Origin: a bacterium
Lineage (GTDB): Bacteria; SAR324; NAC60-12
Assembly (NCBI GenBank): GCA_965233585.1
Contig: CBDDTI010000745.1
Location: 288,001-352,000 of the forward strand
Length of the DNA stretch: 64,000 nt
Direction of reading: 5' to 3'
Shown here piece by piece: positions 1 through 10,279 of this stretch (the first letter of the stretch is position 1; each line of letters starts with the position of its first letter). The position numbers and the translations under genes were made by a program. The notes under the pieces were generated by a model, which made no database searches, was not told the origin of the DNA, and saw only the letters and a program-made list of their open reading frames with translations.

Positions 1-186
1 GACGTCAAAGATGAACTGAAAGAAGACATTCAAAATGTCAGAGGTGAATTGAAAGAAGACATCTATTCTTTAAAAGGAGAGCAAAAACTCCTGAAATGGA
101 TGGTGGGTTTTGGCATTTCTTTAAATCTGGTGACGCTTGGAGTCGTATTAGCTTTTTTGTTTTCTTTTCTTCCTCCTGCCAAGTAA
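1..186 (+). CDS. DUF1640/CCDC90-like coiled-coil membrane-anchored protein, 3' part (runs off window start)
   Basis: Reads DVKDELKEDIQNVRGELKEDIYSLKGEQKLLKWMVGFGISLNLVTLGVVLAFLFSFLPPAK*, essentially identical to the end of 41970..42698. Confidence 0.85.
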   Translation, partial: DVKDELKEDIQNVRGELKEDIYSLKGEQKLLKWMVGFGISLNLVTLGVVLAFLFSFLPPAK

Positions 187-193
187 AAACCCT

Positions 194-262
194 GTCATTG
201 CTCACCTTGAGTGAGCAATCTCATTCTTCTTGGTTGAGATTCCGTGTCAAGTGCGGAATGAC
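194..262. repeat. Two REP-like palindromes (GTCATTGC..GCAATCT and AGATTCCG..CGGAATGAC)
   Basis: GTCATTGCTCACCTTGAGTGAGCAATCT at 194 and AGATTCCGTGTCAAGTGCGGAATGAC at 237; same units recur many times in the window. Confidence 0.8.
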
Positions 263-313
263 AAAGGGAGTTTGCAGGCTTGTTTTTTCGTCTTCTTATT
301 CCCCTTCAGTGAA

Positions 314-1085
314 GGAAGTGTTTACTTGATATTGTTGTGATATTTTTCAAATCTTTTGTAGTCAAAGAAGAGTTTGAGAGAGTGATGGAGCATGTGAAAA
401 GTTTTAGAATGTCGTTTAGATTTTCTCATGAAGCGAGCTAAGTGATCTCTGATAGAAGAGTTTGAAGATTCAATGAGATGAGTCTTGTCTTTGCCTATTT
501 CATGCTTCTCTGGAATTTGAAGTTGTGCAAATGCCACTTGATAGCAAGAATTCGCATCGGTGTAAATCGTCTCTATCCTAGGTCGCTGTTCTTTGACGAG
601 TGCATACAGCTTCTTGGCAGCTTCTAATCCTTTGCCTATCACAAAAGCAATCACGCATTGTTCTTGACGAGAATAAGCTGTCCAAACCGCTACTCTTTGG
701 CTTTTTTTGAACAAAAGTGTAGATTTCGTCCATCTCTATACTATCTACTTGCTCACGGAAACTGGGTGCGTCTTTTGGGAGTTGAGATACTCTGGCTTTT
801 TTGATCCAGTTGAGAACTGAAGCTGGAGGCACCTTGAGAAAACGAGCTATTTTTCTGATGCCTACGTTATTGACATACATTTCTAAGGCTTGACGCTTCG
901 TCTCTAGTGGGATTCTCAACCCATTTGAAGTGAATGCTCTCTGACATGACTTGCAACGAGACCTTTGAACTCCTTTGTAACTTCCATTCTTCGTATAAGT
1001 CTGACTCCCACAATGATGACAACTTCTCATATTCATTCCTCAAATTCGCTCTCACATGCAATGACAATACCAACTAAACACTGCC
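314..1085 (-). mobile_element. IS1-family insertion sequence, copy 1 (772 bp; slippery run A7, probably inactive)
   Basis: Terminal IRs GGAAGTGTTTACTTG / GGCAGTGTTTAGTTG; InsA-like ORF 578..1036 (Zn-ribbon CHHC..CKSC plus HTH) and InsB-like ORF 322..714 (DDE region: TDANSCY, IESSNSSIR). Confidence 0.9.
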
Positions 1086-1148
1086 CTTGGCAAAGGGAAA
1101 AAAAGAATCAGAAAGTCAGAAAAAGGGAAGATTGAGAAAAAAGAAGAG

Positions 1149-1240
1149 AGATTGCGGGTCAAGGTAAGCAATGACAGGGGAATAAAGAAAATGCGAAGGT
1201 TGCCAACTTCATTAGTCATTCCGTGCTTGACACGGAATCT
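1149..1240. repeat. Pair of REP-like palindromes
   Basis: AGATTGCGGGTCAAGGTAAGCAATGAC at 1149 and GTCATTCCGTGCTTGACACGGAATCT at 1215. Confidence 0.8.
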
Positions 1241-1284
1241 CAAAAAACAAAAATCGTTTATCAAAGTGATCAATAACAGGGATT

Positions 1285-1704
1285 TTATTTGGCAGGAGGA
1301 AGAAAAGAAAACAAAAAGGCTAGCACGACTCCAAGTGTCACCAGATTTAAAGAGATGCCAAAACCCACCATCCATTTCAGGAGTTTTTGCTCTCCTTTCA
1401 AAGAATAGATGTCTTCTTTGAGTTCATCTTTGACGTCTTTGAGTTCATCTCTGACGTTTTGAATGTCATCTTTGAGTTCATCTCTGACATTTTGAATGTC
1501 ATCTTTACTGGCTTTTTGCTCCAGTTTTTCATTAAGATTTGTCTCTAAACTAGAAATCTGTTCTTTAGTAGAAAGTTTTGCAAAATTGCTTTCTACAACA
1601 GATTTAAATTCTTCGGTCAATGCTTCTGCTTGCTCTTGTTCAAAGCCTGCGGCTTGCAAGTGTTTAGAAGTCTTGAGTGTGTCAAAAAGCAAAGCGGTTT
1701 CCAT
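1285..1704 (-). CDS. DUF1640/CCDC90-like coiled-coil protein (139 aa)
   Basis: FDT..L..AGF...QAEA head, coiled-coil stalk with (A/S)TK/ASK motifs, C-terminal KWMVG plus TM anchor. Confidence 0.85.
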   Translation of the reverse strand: METALLFDTLKTSKHLQAAGFEQEQAEALTEEFKSVVESNFAKLSTKEQISSLETNLNEKLEQKASKDDIQNVRDELKDDIQNVRDELKDVKDELKEDIYSLKGEQKLLKWMVGFGISLNLVTLGVVLAFLFSFLPPAK

Positions 1705-1903
1705 CAGTCTATGATTGAGAATGCCAAATCCAGAATCATAACAGATTCAAAGACAAAATAGAAAAAGAAAAAGGGAAGAAAGAGAAAAGAGTGAGATGCG
1801 GGTCAAGCCCGCAATGATGGGAACCTTCTTGATTGTCTTCCTGCTGTTGAACAGAAAGACAAAAGAAGGTCGTAAAAAGAGGTTAAAAACGAAGGGTCAA
1901 CGA

Positions 1904-4900
1904 CTACTGTGTTTTTGAGCCATAATACCACTCACGACCCAGACCATTGGAACCTGTGAAGTAAAGTTTTCCATCAACCCAGTATGGATTGGCAGTGTTC
2001 CAAGTTCCACCAGTGTTGACATTGACAAACTTATTCTTTGGCTTACCTTTCCAACCAACCAAGACTTTGACAGCACCTGATTCGGTTGTCACAGCAATCG
2101 CATCGGCAGTTCCCACTTTGATTTTCATGAGTCCTTGAACAGATTCCACACCAAGTTTTCTAGTAGAAGCAGAGGCTCTTACAGCAGTTCCATTGTCTCC
2201 ATCTACCCAATACAAAGCACCACCAGCAAGAGTGTAGTAATCATTACCAGATTTGACTGCTTTGTTGCCTTCTGCATCTAAATCCCATCCAACATGAACT
2301 TTGCTGCCATTAGCGGCAGTTTTAACAACTCGTTTGGTGGTCTCTGTTGTACCTTTAGTCAACCAAACTCCACCACCATCATGTGTGAAGAATAACACAT
2401 CTCCTGCAACAGCAAGGTTGGTTGGTGTGATTGATGCTTTGTCAACTGCTGCAAGATTACCATCTTTGGCAGCCTCTACCTCAATTTCTTTTCCAACGGG
2501 AGTGGCCGCAGAAGACACTGAGTACAGCTTGTCTGCTTTCACTGCAATCAACTGATTCCCTAGTGCATGAATGGCAGTGATGCTAGCAAGGTCAGCTGGA
2601 GTGTCTGCAGAATCTTTGACCTCCTCAAAGCCATCTGCAAAGCTTTTCACATACTTCACATTTCCACCATCAAGACCAAAAAGTTTGTTGTTCACCACAG
2701 TCAAGCTGGTCAAGTCTGCTTTTGCTGAACCAGCAACCATAGAAGTTGCAACAATTTCAACCTTTCCTGCACTATCGGTTGTAGAAAGAGTGGCATCAAA
2801 GGTGTAGGTTTGTTCTGAATTAGAGAAGTAAACATTGTTACCGCTCACAGTCAGAGACTTGACGTCCAAGTCTGCAACAGAACCTGCACTGTTTGAAGTG
2901 GCAATTTCTGTAACGCCTGCTCTGTCAAGCGCCCCGTGAACATACAACTTCTTGTCATAGCTGAAATACAAGTCATCTGAATGCACGGCATACTTGCCTG
3001 CTTCTATGGCAAATGAGTTGTTGTTTTCTACTGCAGGAGCGGCATCATCAGCATCGGCAGCACCTTCTGCAATGGCTAATTTGCTGTATTTTCCAGAATC
3101 ATCAGCCATATAAATTTTGTCATCAACTACTATGTAATCCGTATTGGCAGCATTCAATGAAGCATTACTTGTCAAAGTTCCAAAAACACTTTTGACAGCT
3201 CCTGCTTGGTCTATCCAATAGAGTTGGTCTGTATCTGCTGCGTCATAGAAATAAATACCATCTTTTGCTGCAACAAACTTTGTTGTTGTTGAAGCAGATG
3301 CTGCCAAGCCTGTCACTTCAGCAAAGTCATCAACTGTTGTTCCATCTGCCCAGAAAACTCCGTCTAACCATGTTGCACTTGCTTTGTTAACAGTGACAAT
3401 CAAGGTGTTACTTCCATCTGGAACTACCCCAATGATTTCACCAGCTACAGCACCTTTTAGGTCAATAGCAGATGTGTTTTCTAATTCAACAGTAGTACCG
3501 TCAGCTGATTTAACAAAGACAGCTTGGCTGGCACCATTTGCACCATCAATGACAAAAGCACCATCTTTTGCAACAAAAAGTTTTGTTGTTGCAGTGGCAA
3601 TAGCAGTATTTCCTCCATCTTGAGCAAAGTCAGCAGCTGTTGTTCCATCTGCCCAGTAAACTTTGTTTAACCATGTTGCATTTGCTTTGTTAACAGTGAC
3701 AATCAAGGTGTTACTTCCATCTGGAACTACCCCAATGATTTCAGCAGCTACAGCACCTTTTAGGTCAATAGCAGATGTGTTTTCTAATTCAACAGTAGTA
3801 CCGTCAGCTGATTTAACAAAGACAGCTTGGCTGGCACCATTTGCACCATCAATGACAAAAGCACCATCTTTTGCAGCAAAAAGTTTTGTTGTTGCAGTGG
3901 CAATAGCAGTATTTCCTCCATCTTGAGCAAAGTCAGTAGCTGTTGTTCCATCTGCCCAGTAAACTTTGTTTAACCATGTTGCCCCCGTTTTATTAACAGT
4001 GACAATCAAGGTGTTACTTCCATCTGGAACTACCCCAATGATTTCAGCAGCTACAGCACCTTTTAGGTCAATAGCAGATGTGTCTTCTAATTCAACAGTA
4101 GTACCGTCAGCTGATTTAACAAAGACAGCTTGGCTGGCACCATTTGCACCATCAATGACAAAAGCACCATCTTTTGCAGCAAAAAGTTTTGTTGTTGCAG
4201 TGGCAATAGCAGTACTTCCTCCATCTTGAGCAAAGTCAGCAGTTTTTGTTCCATCTGCCCAGTAAACTTTGTCTAACCATGTCGCCCCCGTTTCGTTGAC
4301 AGTCACAAACAGTGTGTTTTCCGCAACTGCTCCGATAAAGTCGCCTTCTACTGCTGCTGTTGTTCCAAAGCTTAAACCAGTTGCTTCTAAATCATTGACT
4401 GTGCCATCTTTGTTAAGAAAAACAACGGTGCCATTATCAGCTCCTGCAGCAGACTTAATCACAAAGAGACCGTCTTTAGCAGCGTAAGTGATAGTTGGTG
4501 TTGCAAGTGTTAAATCGTATTTCCTTGCAATTCCATCTTTAAGATAGAACCAATCTTCTCCTGAGTTGATGATGACATCACCATCAGTCGTTTTGTAGAA
4601 AGCGGTGATGGCTTCAGTGATTTCAGGGTGGAGTTGTGCCAGTTCTGTGACGTCAGCGCCTTTGACTTTGGCAACATTGCGTGCTGTGACATCCTTATTG
4701 TAGTTGAAGAACAAGCTGTCTGCTCCTGTGACTACTTTAGTAGGGGATGTGCTAGCATTATCACCGCTATCTGGCTTAGTACCGTTGAAATTTTCAGTGA
4801 AGTTATATTCAAAGGCATAGTCGCAGATGTATTGGACTTTGCTAGTGTCAATCTCTGTTCCGGCATCGTTGTAAACGCCTGTGATTTTGACACCACCAAA

Positions 4901-5161
4901 GCCGTTGCAGTTGGCATCAGCAAGCGTGGTGCCTGGGTTGAAGGCAGTGCGTGTCTGCCCGTTTAGAACAGATGGGTCGTCATCATCATCGTCATCGTTG
5001 TTGTTATCATTGCCACCGTCATCGTTTCCTCCGGGAGTATTGGCAGCAGGGGTATCGCTGCTGCTACTGCTTGAGGAGTCGCTGTCGTTGGCACAAGCTG
5101 TTGCGAAAGCAATCAGCGCAAGGGGAGCATACTTTTTCAAATGTTTAAGTAAACGCATCAT
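1904..5161 (-). CDS. Large surface lipoprotein (1085 aa) with ELWxxDGT-like beta-propeller repeats; S-layer/adhesin candidate
   Basis: Lipoprotein signal (..ALIAFATAC), Ser/Asp/Asn linker, repeated VYWADGT motifs, VWLTKGT and GLGREW near the C-terminus; Ala/Thr/Gly/Asp-rich. Confidence 0.75.
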   Translation of the reverse strand: MMRLLKHLKKYAPLALIAFATACANDSDSSSSSSSDTPAANTPGGNDDGGNDNNNDDDDDDDPSVLNGQTRTAFNPGTTLADANCNGFGGVKITGVYNDAGTEIDTSKVQYICDYAFEYNFTENFNGTKPDSGDNASTSPTKVVTGADSLFFNYNKDVTARNVAKVKGADVTELAQLHPEITEAITAFYKTTDGDVIINSGEDWFYLKDGIARKYDLTLATPTITYAAKDGLFVIKSAAGADNGTVVFLNKDGTVNDLEATGLSFGTTAAVEGDFIGAVAENTLFVTVNETGATWLDKVYWADGTKTADFAQDGGSTAIATATTKLFAAKDGAFVIDGANGASQAVFVKSADGTTVELEDTSAIDLKGAVAAEIIGVVPDGSNTLIVTVNKTGATWLNKVYWADGTTATDFAQDGGNTAIATATTKLFAAKDGAFVIDGANGASQAVFVKSADGTTVELENTSAIDLKGAVAAEIIGVVPDGSNTLIVTVNKANATWLNKVYWADGTTAADFAQDGGNTAIATATTKLFVAKDGAFVIDGANGASQAVFVKSADGTTVELENTSAIDLKGAVAGEIIGVVPDGSNTLIVTVNKASATWLDGVFWADGTTVDDFAEVTGLAASASTTTKFVAAKDGIYFYDAADTDQLYWIDQAGAVKSVFGTLTSNASLNAANTDYIVVDDKIYMADDSGKYSKLAIAEGAADADDAAPAVENNNSFAIEAGKYAVHSDDLYFSYDKKLYVHGALDRAGVTEIATSNSAGSVADLDVKSLTVSGNNVYFSNSEQTYTFDATLSTTDSAGKVEIVATSMVAGSAKADLTSLTVVNNKLFGLDGGNVKYVKSFADGFEEVKDSADTPADLASITAIHALGNQLIAVKADKLYSVSSAATPVGKEIEVEAAKDGNLAAVDKASITPTNLAVAGDVLFFTHDGGGVWLTKGTTETTKRVVKTAANGSKVHVGWDLDAEGNKAVKSGNDYYTLAGGALYWVDGDNGTAVRASASTRKLGVESVQGLMKIKVGTADAIAVTTESGAVKVLVGWKGKPKNKFVNVNTGGTWNTANPYWVDGKLYFTGSNGLGREWYYGSKTQ
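3365..4280. repeat. 303-bp (101-aa) near-identical tandem repeat, about 3 copies, inside the surface lipoprotein
   Basis: Unit WLNKVYWADGTTA.DFAQDGG...LIVTVNK repeated at 303-nt spacing (e.g. 3663/3966/4269). Confidence 0.9.
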
Positions 5162-5234
5162 AATAGATTACCTTTCTCAAAATAGGTTAGGTTAATGGCA
5201 GCCCAAAAAATCCCAATGATTCTTTGAGCGGGGT

Positions 5235-5337
5235 CTATCTCAGAGGCGGTCTTGATTTGAACCAAAAGACTAAAATGAGGATAAAAATCTTCCGAGCATG
5301 ATGATCTGTTTCATGTCAAATCAAGACGCTGAGATAG
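5235..5337 (-). promoter_or_regulatory. Long 5'-UTR stem-loop of the surface lipoprotein transcript
   Basis: CTATCTCAG (5235) pairs with CTGAGATAG (5329); GTCTTGATTTGA (5249) pairs with TCAAATCAAGAC (5316). Confidence 0.65.
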
Positions 5338-5348
5338 GTAAGCGTGTT

Positions 5349-5376
5349 ATTTTACTTTGACAAAAAAAAAAGGCAA
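5349..5376 (-). promoter_or_regulatory. sigma70-like promoter with a homopolymer spacer
   Basis: Minus strand TTGCCT-16 nt (T-run)-TAAAAT, ending just upstream of the hairpin. Confidence 0.55.
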
Positions 5377-5538
5377 GCCCCGAATGAAAAAAAATTGAAT
5401 GAAACAGGTCAAAAATGTGTGTTGAGTGTGGATTTTTTGCTGGTTGAAGAGTTGGGAGGCAAGCAAACATAAGGCGTGCAGCGACATCAGGAAAAAACGA
5501 AAAAAGTTTTTAAAAAAGTGAAAAAAGTTTTTTTGAAA

Positions 5539-5737
5539 CACCCCGTCCCTTTGGGACACCCCTCTTGTCAAAGGGGAATGAAACAGCCGTCAATAGAGAT
5601 TGCGGGTCAAGTCCGCAATGACGGTTTTTAAAGTGAGACATGACGAAAGGGCAAGTCTGCCAACGTCATCAGTCATTCCGCACTTGATGCGGAATCTAAA
5701 AAAACAAGATGAGATTGCGGGTCAAGCCCGCAATGAC
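5539..5737. repeat. REP cluster: one ACCCCG-hairpin-CACCCCTC..AGGGGAAT element plus three GTCATT..AATCT palindromes
   Basis: CCCCGTCCCTTTGGGACACCCCTCTTGTCAAAGGGGAAT at 5541; palindromes at about 5597, 5672 and 5711. Confidence 0.8.
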
Positions 5738-5781
5738 GGAGGAAGAGGAGAGGAATTTTGAGTTCCTTCAAGATAGAAAAT

Positions 5782-6537
5782 TTATTTGGAGGCGGGAAGA
5801 AAAGCAAACAAAAAGGCTAACATGACCCCAAGTGTAATCAGATTTAAAGAAATGCCAAAACTGACCATCCATGACAACAATTTAAATTTGCTGTCAATTT
5901 TCTCACTGAGATTGGCTTCCAGATAAAGAACCTGCTCTTTGGTGGCTTTTTGCTCAAGTTTCTCTTCTAAGCTAGCGACTTGTTCTTTGGTGGCTTTCTG
6001 CTCAAGCTGTTCTTGCAAGTGAGACATTTTTTCGTTGAGATTCTTCTCCAAACTAGCGACTTGTTCTTTGGTGGCTTTCTGCTCAAGCTGTTCCTCCAAG
6101 TGAGATATTTTTTCGTTGAGATTTTTCTCCAAACTAGAAACTTGTTCTTTAGAGGCTTTCTGTTCCAGTTTCTCCTCTAAACTAGAGATTTTCCCATTAA
6201 GGTTTGTCTCTAAAGCAGAAACTTGGTCTTTAGTGGCTTTCTGCTCAAGCTGTTCTTGCAAATGAACAGACTGTTCTTTAGTGGCTTTTTGCTCCAGTTT
6301 TTGATTAAGGTTTGTCTCTAAACTAGAAACTTGTTCTTTAGTGGCTTTTTGCTCCAGTTTTTGATTAAGGTTTGTCTCTAAACTAGAAACTTGGTCTTTG
6401 GTAGAAAGTTTTGCAAAGTTGCTTTCTACAACAGACTTAAATTCTTCGGTCAATGCCTCTGCTTGTTCTTGCTCAAAACCTGCAGCTTGCAAATGTTTAG
6501 AAGTTTTGAGTGTGTCAAAAAGTAAAGCGGTTTCCAT
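5782..6537 (-). CDS. DUF1640/CCDC90-like coiled-coil protein (251 aa)
   Basis: Same 44-aa head; stalk modules 20-20-16-27-27-27-16 aa; KFKLLSWMV TM anchor. Confidence 0.85.
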   Translation of the reverse strand: METALLFDTLKTSKHLQAAGFEQEQAEALTEEFKSVVESNFAKLSTKDQVSSLETNLNQKLEQKATKEQVSSLETNLNQKLEQKATKEQSVHLQEQLEQKATKDQVSALETNLNGKISSLEEKLEQKASKEQVSSLEKNLNEKISHLEEQLEQKATKEQVASLEKNLNEKMSHLQEQLEQKATKEQVASLEEKLEQKATKEQVLYLEANLSEKIDSKFKLLSWMVSFGISLNLITLGVMLAFLFAFLPASK

Positions 6538-6647
6538 TGGTCTATGCGTGGGAGGTTAAAACCAGAATCATAACAAATTTAAAGACAGAATGGAAAGAGA
6601 AAAGGCGTGACTACCCCGCTTGCTTGCGCAAGCACCGCTTCATTGAA

Positions 6648-7420
6648 GGCAGTGTTCACTTGTTGTTGTTATTGCATGTGAGAGTAAATTTGAGGAATGA
6701 ATATGAGAAGTTGTCATCATTGTGGAAGTCAGAATGACATCAAGAATGGAAGTTGCAAAGGAGTGCAGAGATAGTCTTGCAAATCATGTGGGAGGTCGTT
6801 CAGTTCAAATGGTTTGAGAATCCCACTAGAGAACAAGCGTCAAGCCTTAGAGATGTATGTCAATAGTGTAGGCATCAGAAAGATAGCTCGTTTTGTGCAG
6901 GTGTCTCCAACTTCAGTTCTCAACTGGATCAAAAAAGCCAGAGTGTCTCAACTCCCAAAAGACGCACCAAATTTCCAAGAGCAAGTAGATAGTATAGAGA
7001 TGGATGAGATCTATACTTTTGTTCAAAAAAAAGTCAAAGAGTAGCCGTCTGGACAGCAGACTCTCGTAGGGAGCAATGTGTGATGGCCTTTGTGATAGGC
7101 AAAGGATTGGCAGCTGCGCGAAAGTTGTATGCACTAGTCAAAGAACAGCGACCTAGAATGAAGACGATCTATACCGATGCCAACTCATGCTATCAAGTCA
7201 CATTTGCTCAATTACAAATTCCAGAGAACCACGAAATAGGCAAGAGAAATACTCATCTCATGGAATCTTCTCATTCTTCCATCAGAGATCACCTAGCTCG
7301 TTTTATGAGAAAATCTAAACGACATTCTAAAACTTGGGACATGCTGGAACTCTCTCTCAAACTTTTCTTTGACTATAAAAGACTTGAAAAATATCATGCC
7401 AACACCAAGTGAACACTGCC
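6648..7420 (+). mobile_element. IS1-family insertion sequence, copy 2 (773 bp; nonsense codon in InsA)
   Basis: IRs GGCAGTGTTCACTTG..CAAGTGAACACTGCC; InsA interrupted by TAG after ..KGVQR; InsB 7080..7412. Confidence 0.9.
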
Positions 7421-7518
7421 AAATTTTTTGGGTATAAAATCACTTGCTCATTTTTCATAAGTATCATAATCTTGCCTCTTGTTGTGAGTCAGTCAATTCA
7501 CAACCGATTGTCCTTTGA

Positions 7519-8889
<1,371 letters not shown>

Positions 8890-8954
8890 GCTCCAATTCA
8901 TTCTGACAACTCTTCGTTTGCTAAAACCCTCCTTCTTCTATGAAAGGCTAGAGT

Positions 8955-10244
8955 ATGACATTTTCTTATGCTGTTTTTTCTGCAGATTCTGCAAAGAATC
9001 TTTTACAACTCTTGCAAGACACGCTTCAAAAAATCCAATCTTCTCCTCAAGAGACTTGGGAGGAGATTCAGCAAAAAACGCAAGTCCTTTCCCCTGATGA
9101 GCATCGCCTTGGATTTGCTGTTTCTTCCCTTGAACAAGTCAAAGAATTTTTGGAACTAGCACATTCTGAATTGACTAACAAGCAAGGAGAAGAGTCTTTT
9201 GAGATACGAAAAGGCATTTTTTATCGTCAGAGGGGGCTTTCTCGTTCTGACAAAATTGCTGTTCTTTTCCCAGGTCAAGGGTCACAGTATGTCAACATGG
9301 GCGAGGGGTTACAGGAACATGAACCCCAATTTGCAGAGGCGTTGAAATCTCTTGATTCTATGATGGAAAAAGATGGCAGAGTCAAACTGTCCAACGTCCT
9401 TTTTCCAAATTTGACCGATGACAAAGAAGAGAAATCAAAACAGGAACTTCAGTTGACCCAAACAGAAAATGCACAACCTGCGATTGGTGTGTTGAGTGTG
9501 GGCTTATTTCATCTTTTGAAAAAATATGGAGTCAAAGCAGACGCTTTTGCAGGACATAGCTTTGGTGAACTCACAGCACTTTGGGCAGGTGGTTACTTAG
9601 ATGATGAGTCGTATTTGTTTCTGGCAAAAGAGAGAGGTCGTGTGATGAGGGCTAAGGACGAGTCAAATTTTGATGCAGGTGCGATGGTTGCCGTCAAAGG
9701 TGAGACTCAATTAGTGCAAGAGATTGTCAAGGAACTGCCTGATGTGCAAATTGCAAATCTCAACTCTTCTTCCCAAGTTGTGGTAGCAGGTGCAACAAAA
9801 GCGATTGAGCATGCCAAGGAGAAGCTCAAAGAACAAAAACTCAAAGTGATTCCTCTGCCTGTTTCTGCTGCTTTTCATACCAATTTAGTTGCATTTGCTC
9901 AAGAACCTTTTGCTACTTCTATTCAAAAAGTCAACTTTCAAAATCCTCACACTCCAGTCTTTTCCAATACAACAGGTCAAGAATATCCTCAAAGCGGTGC
10001 TTCTGAACTCTTGCAAAAGCAGATGGTCAATTCTGTTCTTTTTAAAACAGAAATAGAAACCATGTATCAACAAGGCATCAGAATTTTTATAGAATGCGGA
10101 CCCAAAAATGTGCTGTGCGGATTGGTCGCAGATATTTTAAAAGGTCTGGCTCACGAGACAATCCCTTTAAATCTCAATGCAAAGCAAAACGCATGGTTTC
10201 AGTTTAACCAAGGATTGGCGAAACTGGCAGTTTTGGGAGTTTAA
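8955..10244 (+). CDS. Stand-alone malonyl-CoA:ACP acyltransferase with PKS/PfaA-like N-terminal linker
   Basis: FPGQGSQY, AQPAI, AGHSFGE, VSAAFH, IECGP motifs; N-terminal ~100 aa resembles a KS-AT linker. Confidence 0.8.
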   Translation: MTFSYAVFSADSAKNLLQLLQDTLQKIQSSPQETWEEIQQKTQVLSPDEHRLGFAVSSLEQVKEFLELAHSELTNKQGEESFEIRKGIFYRQRGLSRSDKIAVLFPGQGSQYVNMGEGLQEHEPQFAEALKSLDSMMEKDGRVKLSNVLFPNLTDDKEEKSKQELQLTQTENAQPAIGVLSVGLFHLLKKYGVKADAFAGHSFGELTALWAGGYLDDESYLFLAKERGRVMRAKDESNFDAGAMVAVKGETQLVQEIVKELPDVQIANLNSSSQVVVAGATKAIEHAKEKLKEQKLKVIPLPVSAAFHTNLVAFAQEPFATSIQKVNFQNPHTPVFSNTTGQEYPQSGASELLQKQMVNSVLFKTEIETMYQQGIRIFIECGPKNVLCGLVADILKGLAHETIPLNLNAKQNAWFQFNQGLAKLAVLGV

Positions 10245-10279
10245 ACGATTTTTCTGCAAGTGTCAGTCAATGGCATCAA

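Noticed and set aside
96..329. Recurrent MDGGFW.. ORFs (also 1052, 42608, 43543) and antisense ORFs over the repeat genes
   Set aside because: Alternate-frame shadows of the DUF1640 3' end plus REP sequence; they recur only because the DNA is repeated.
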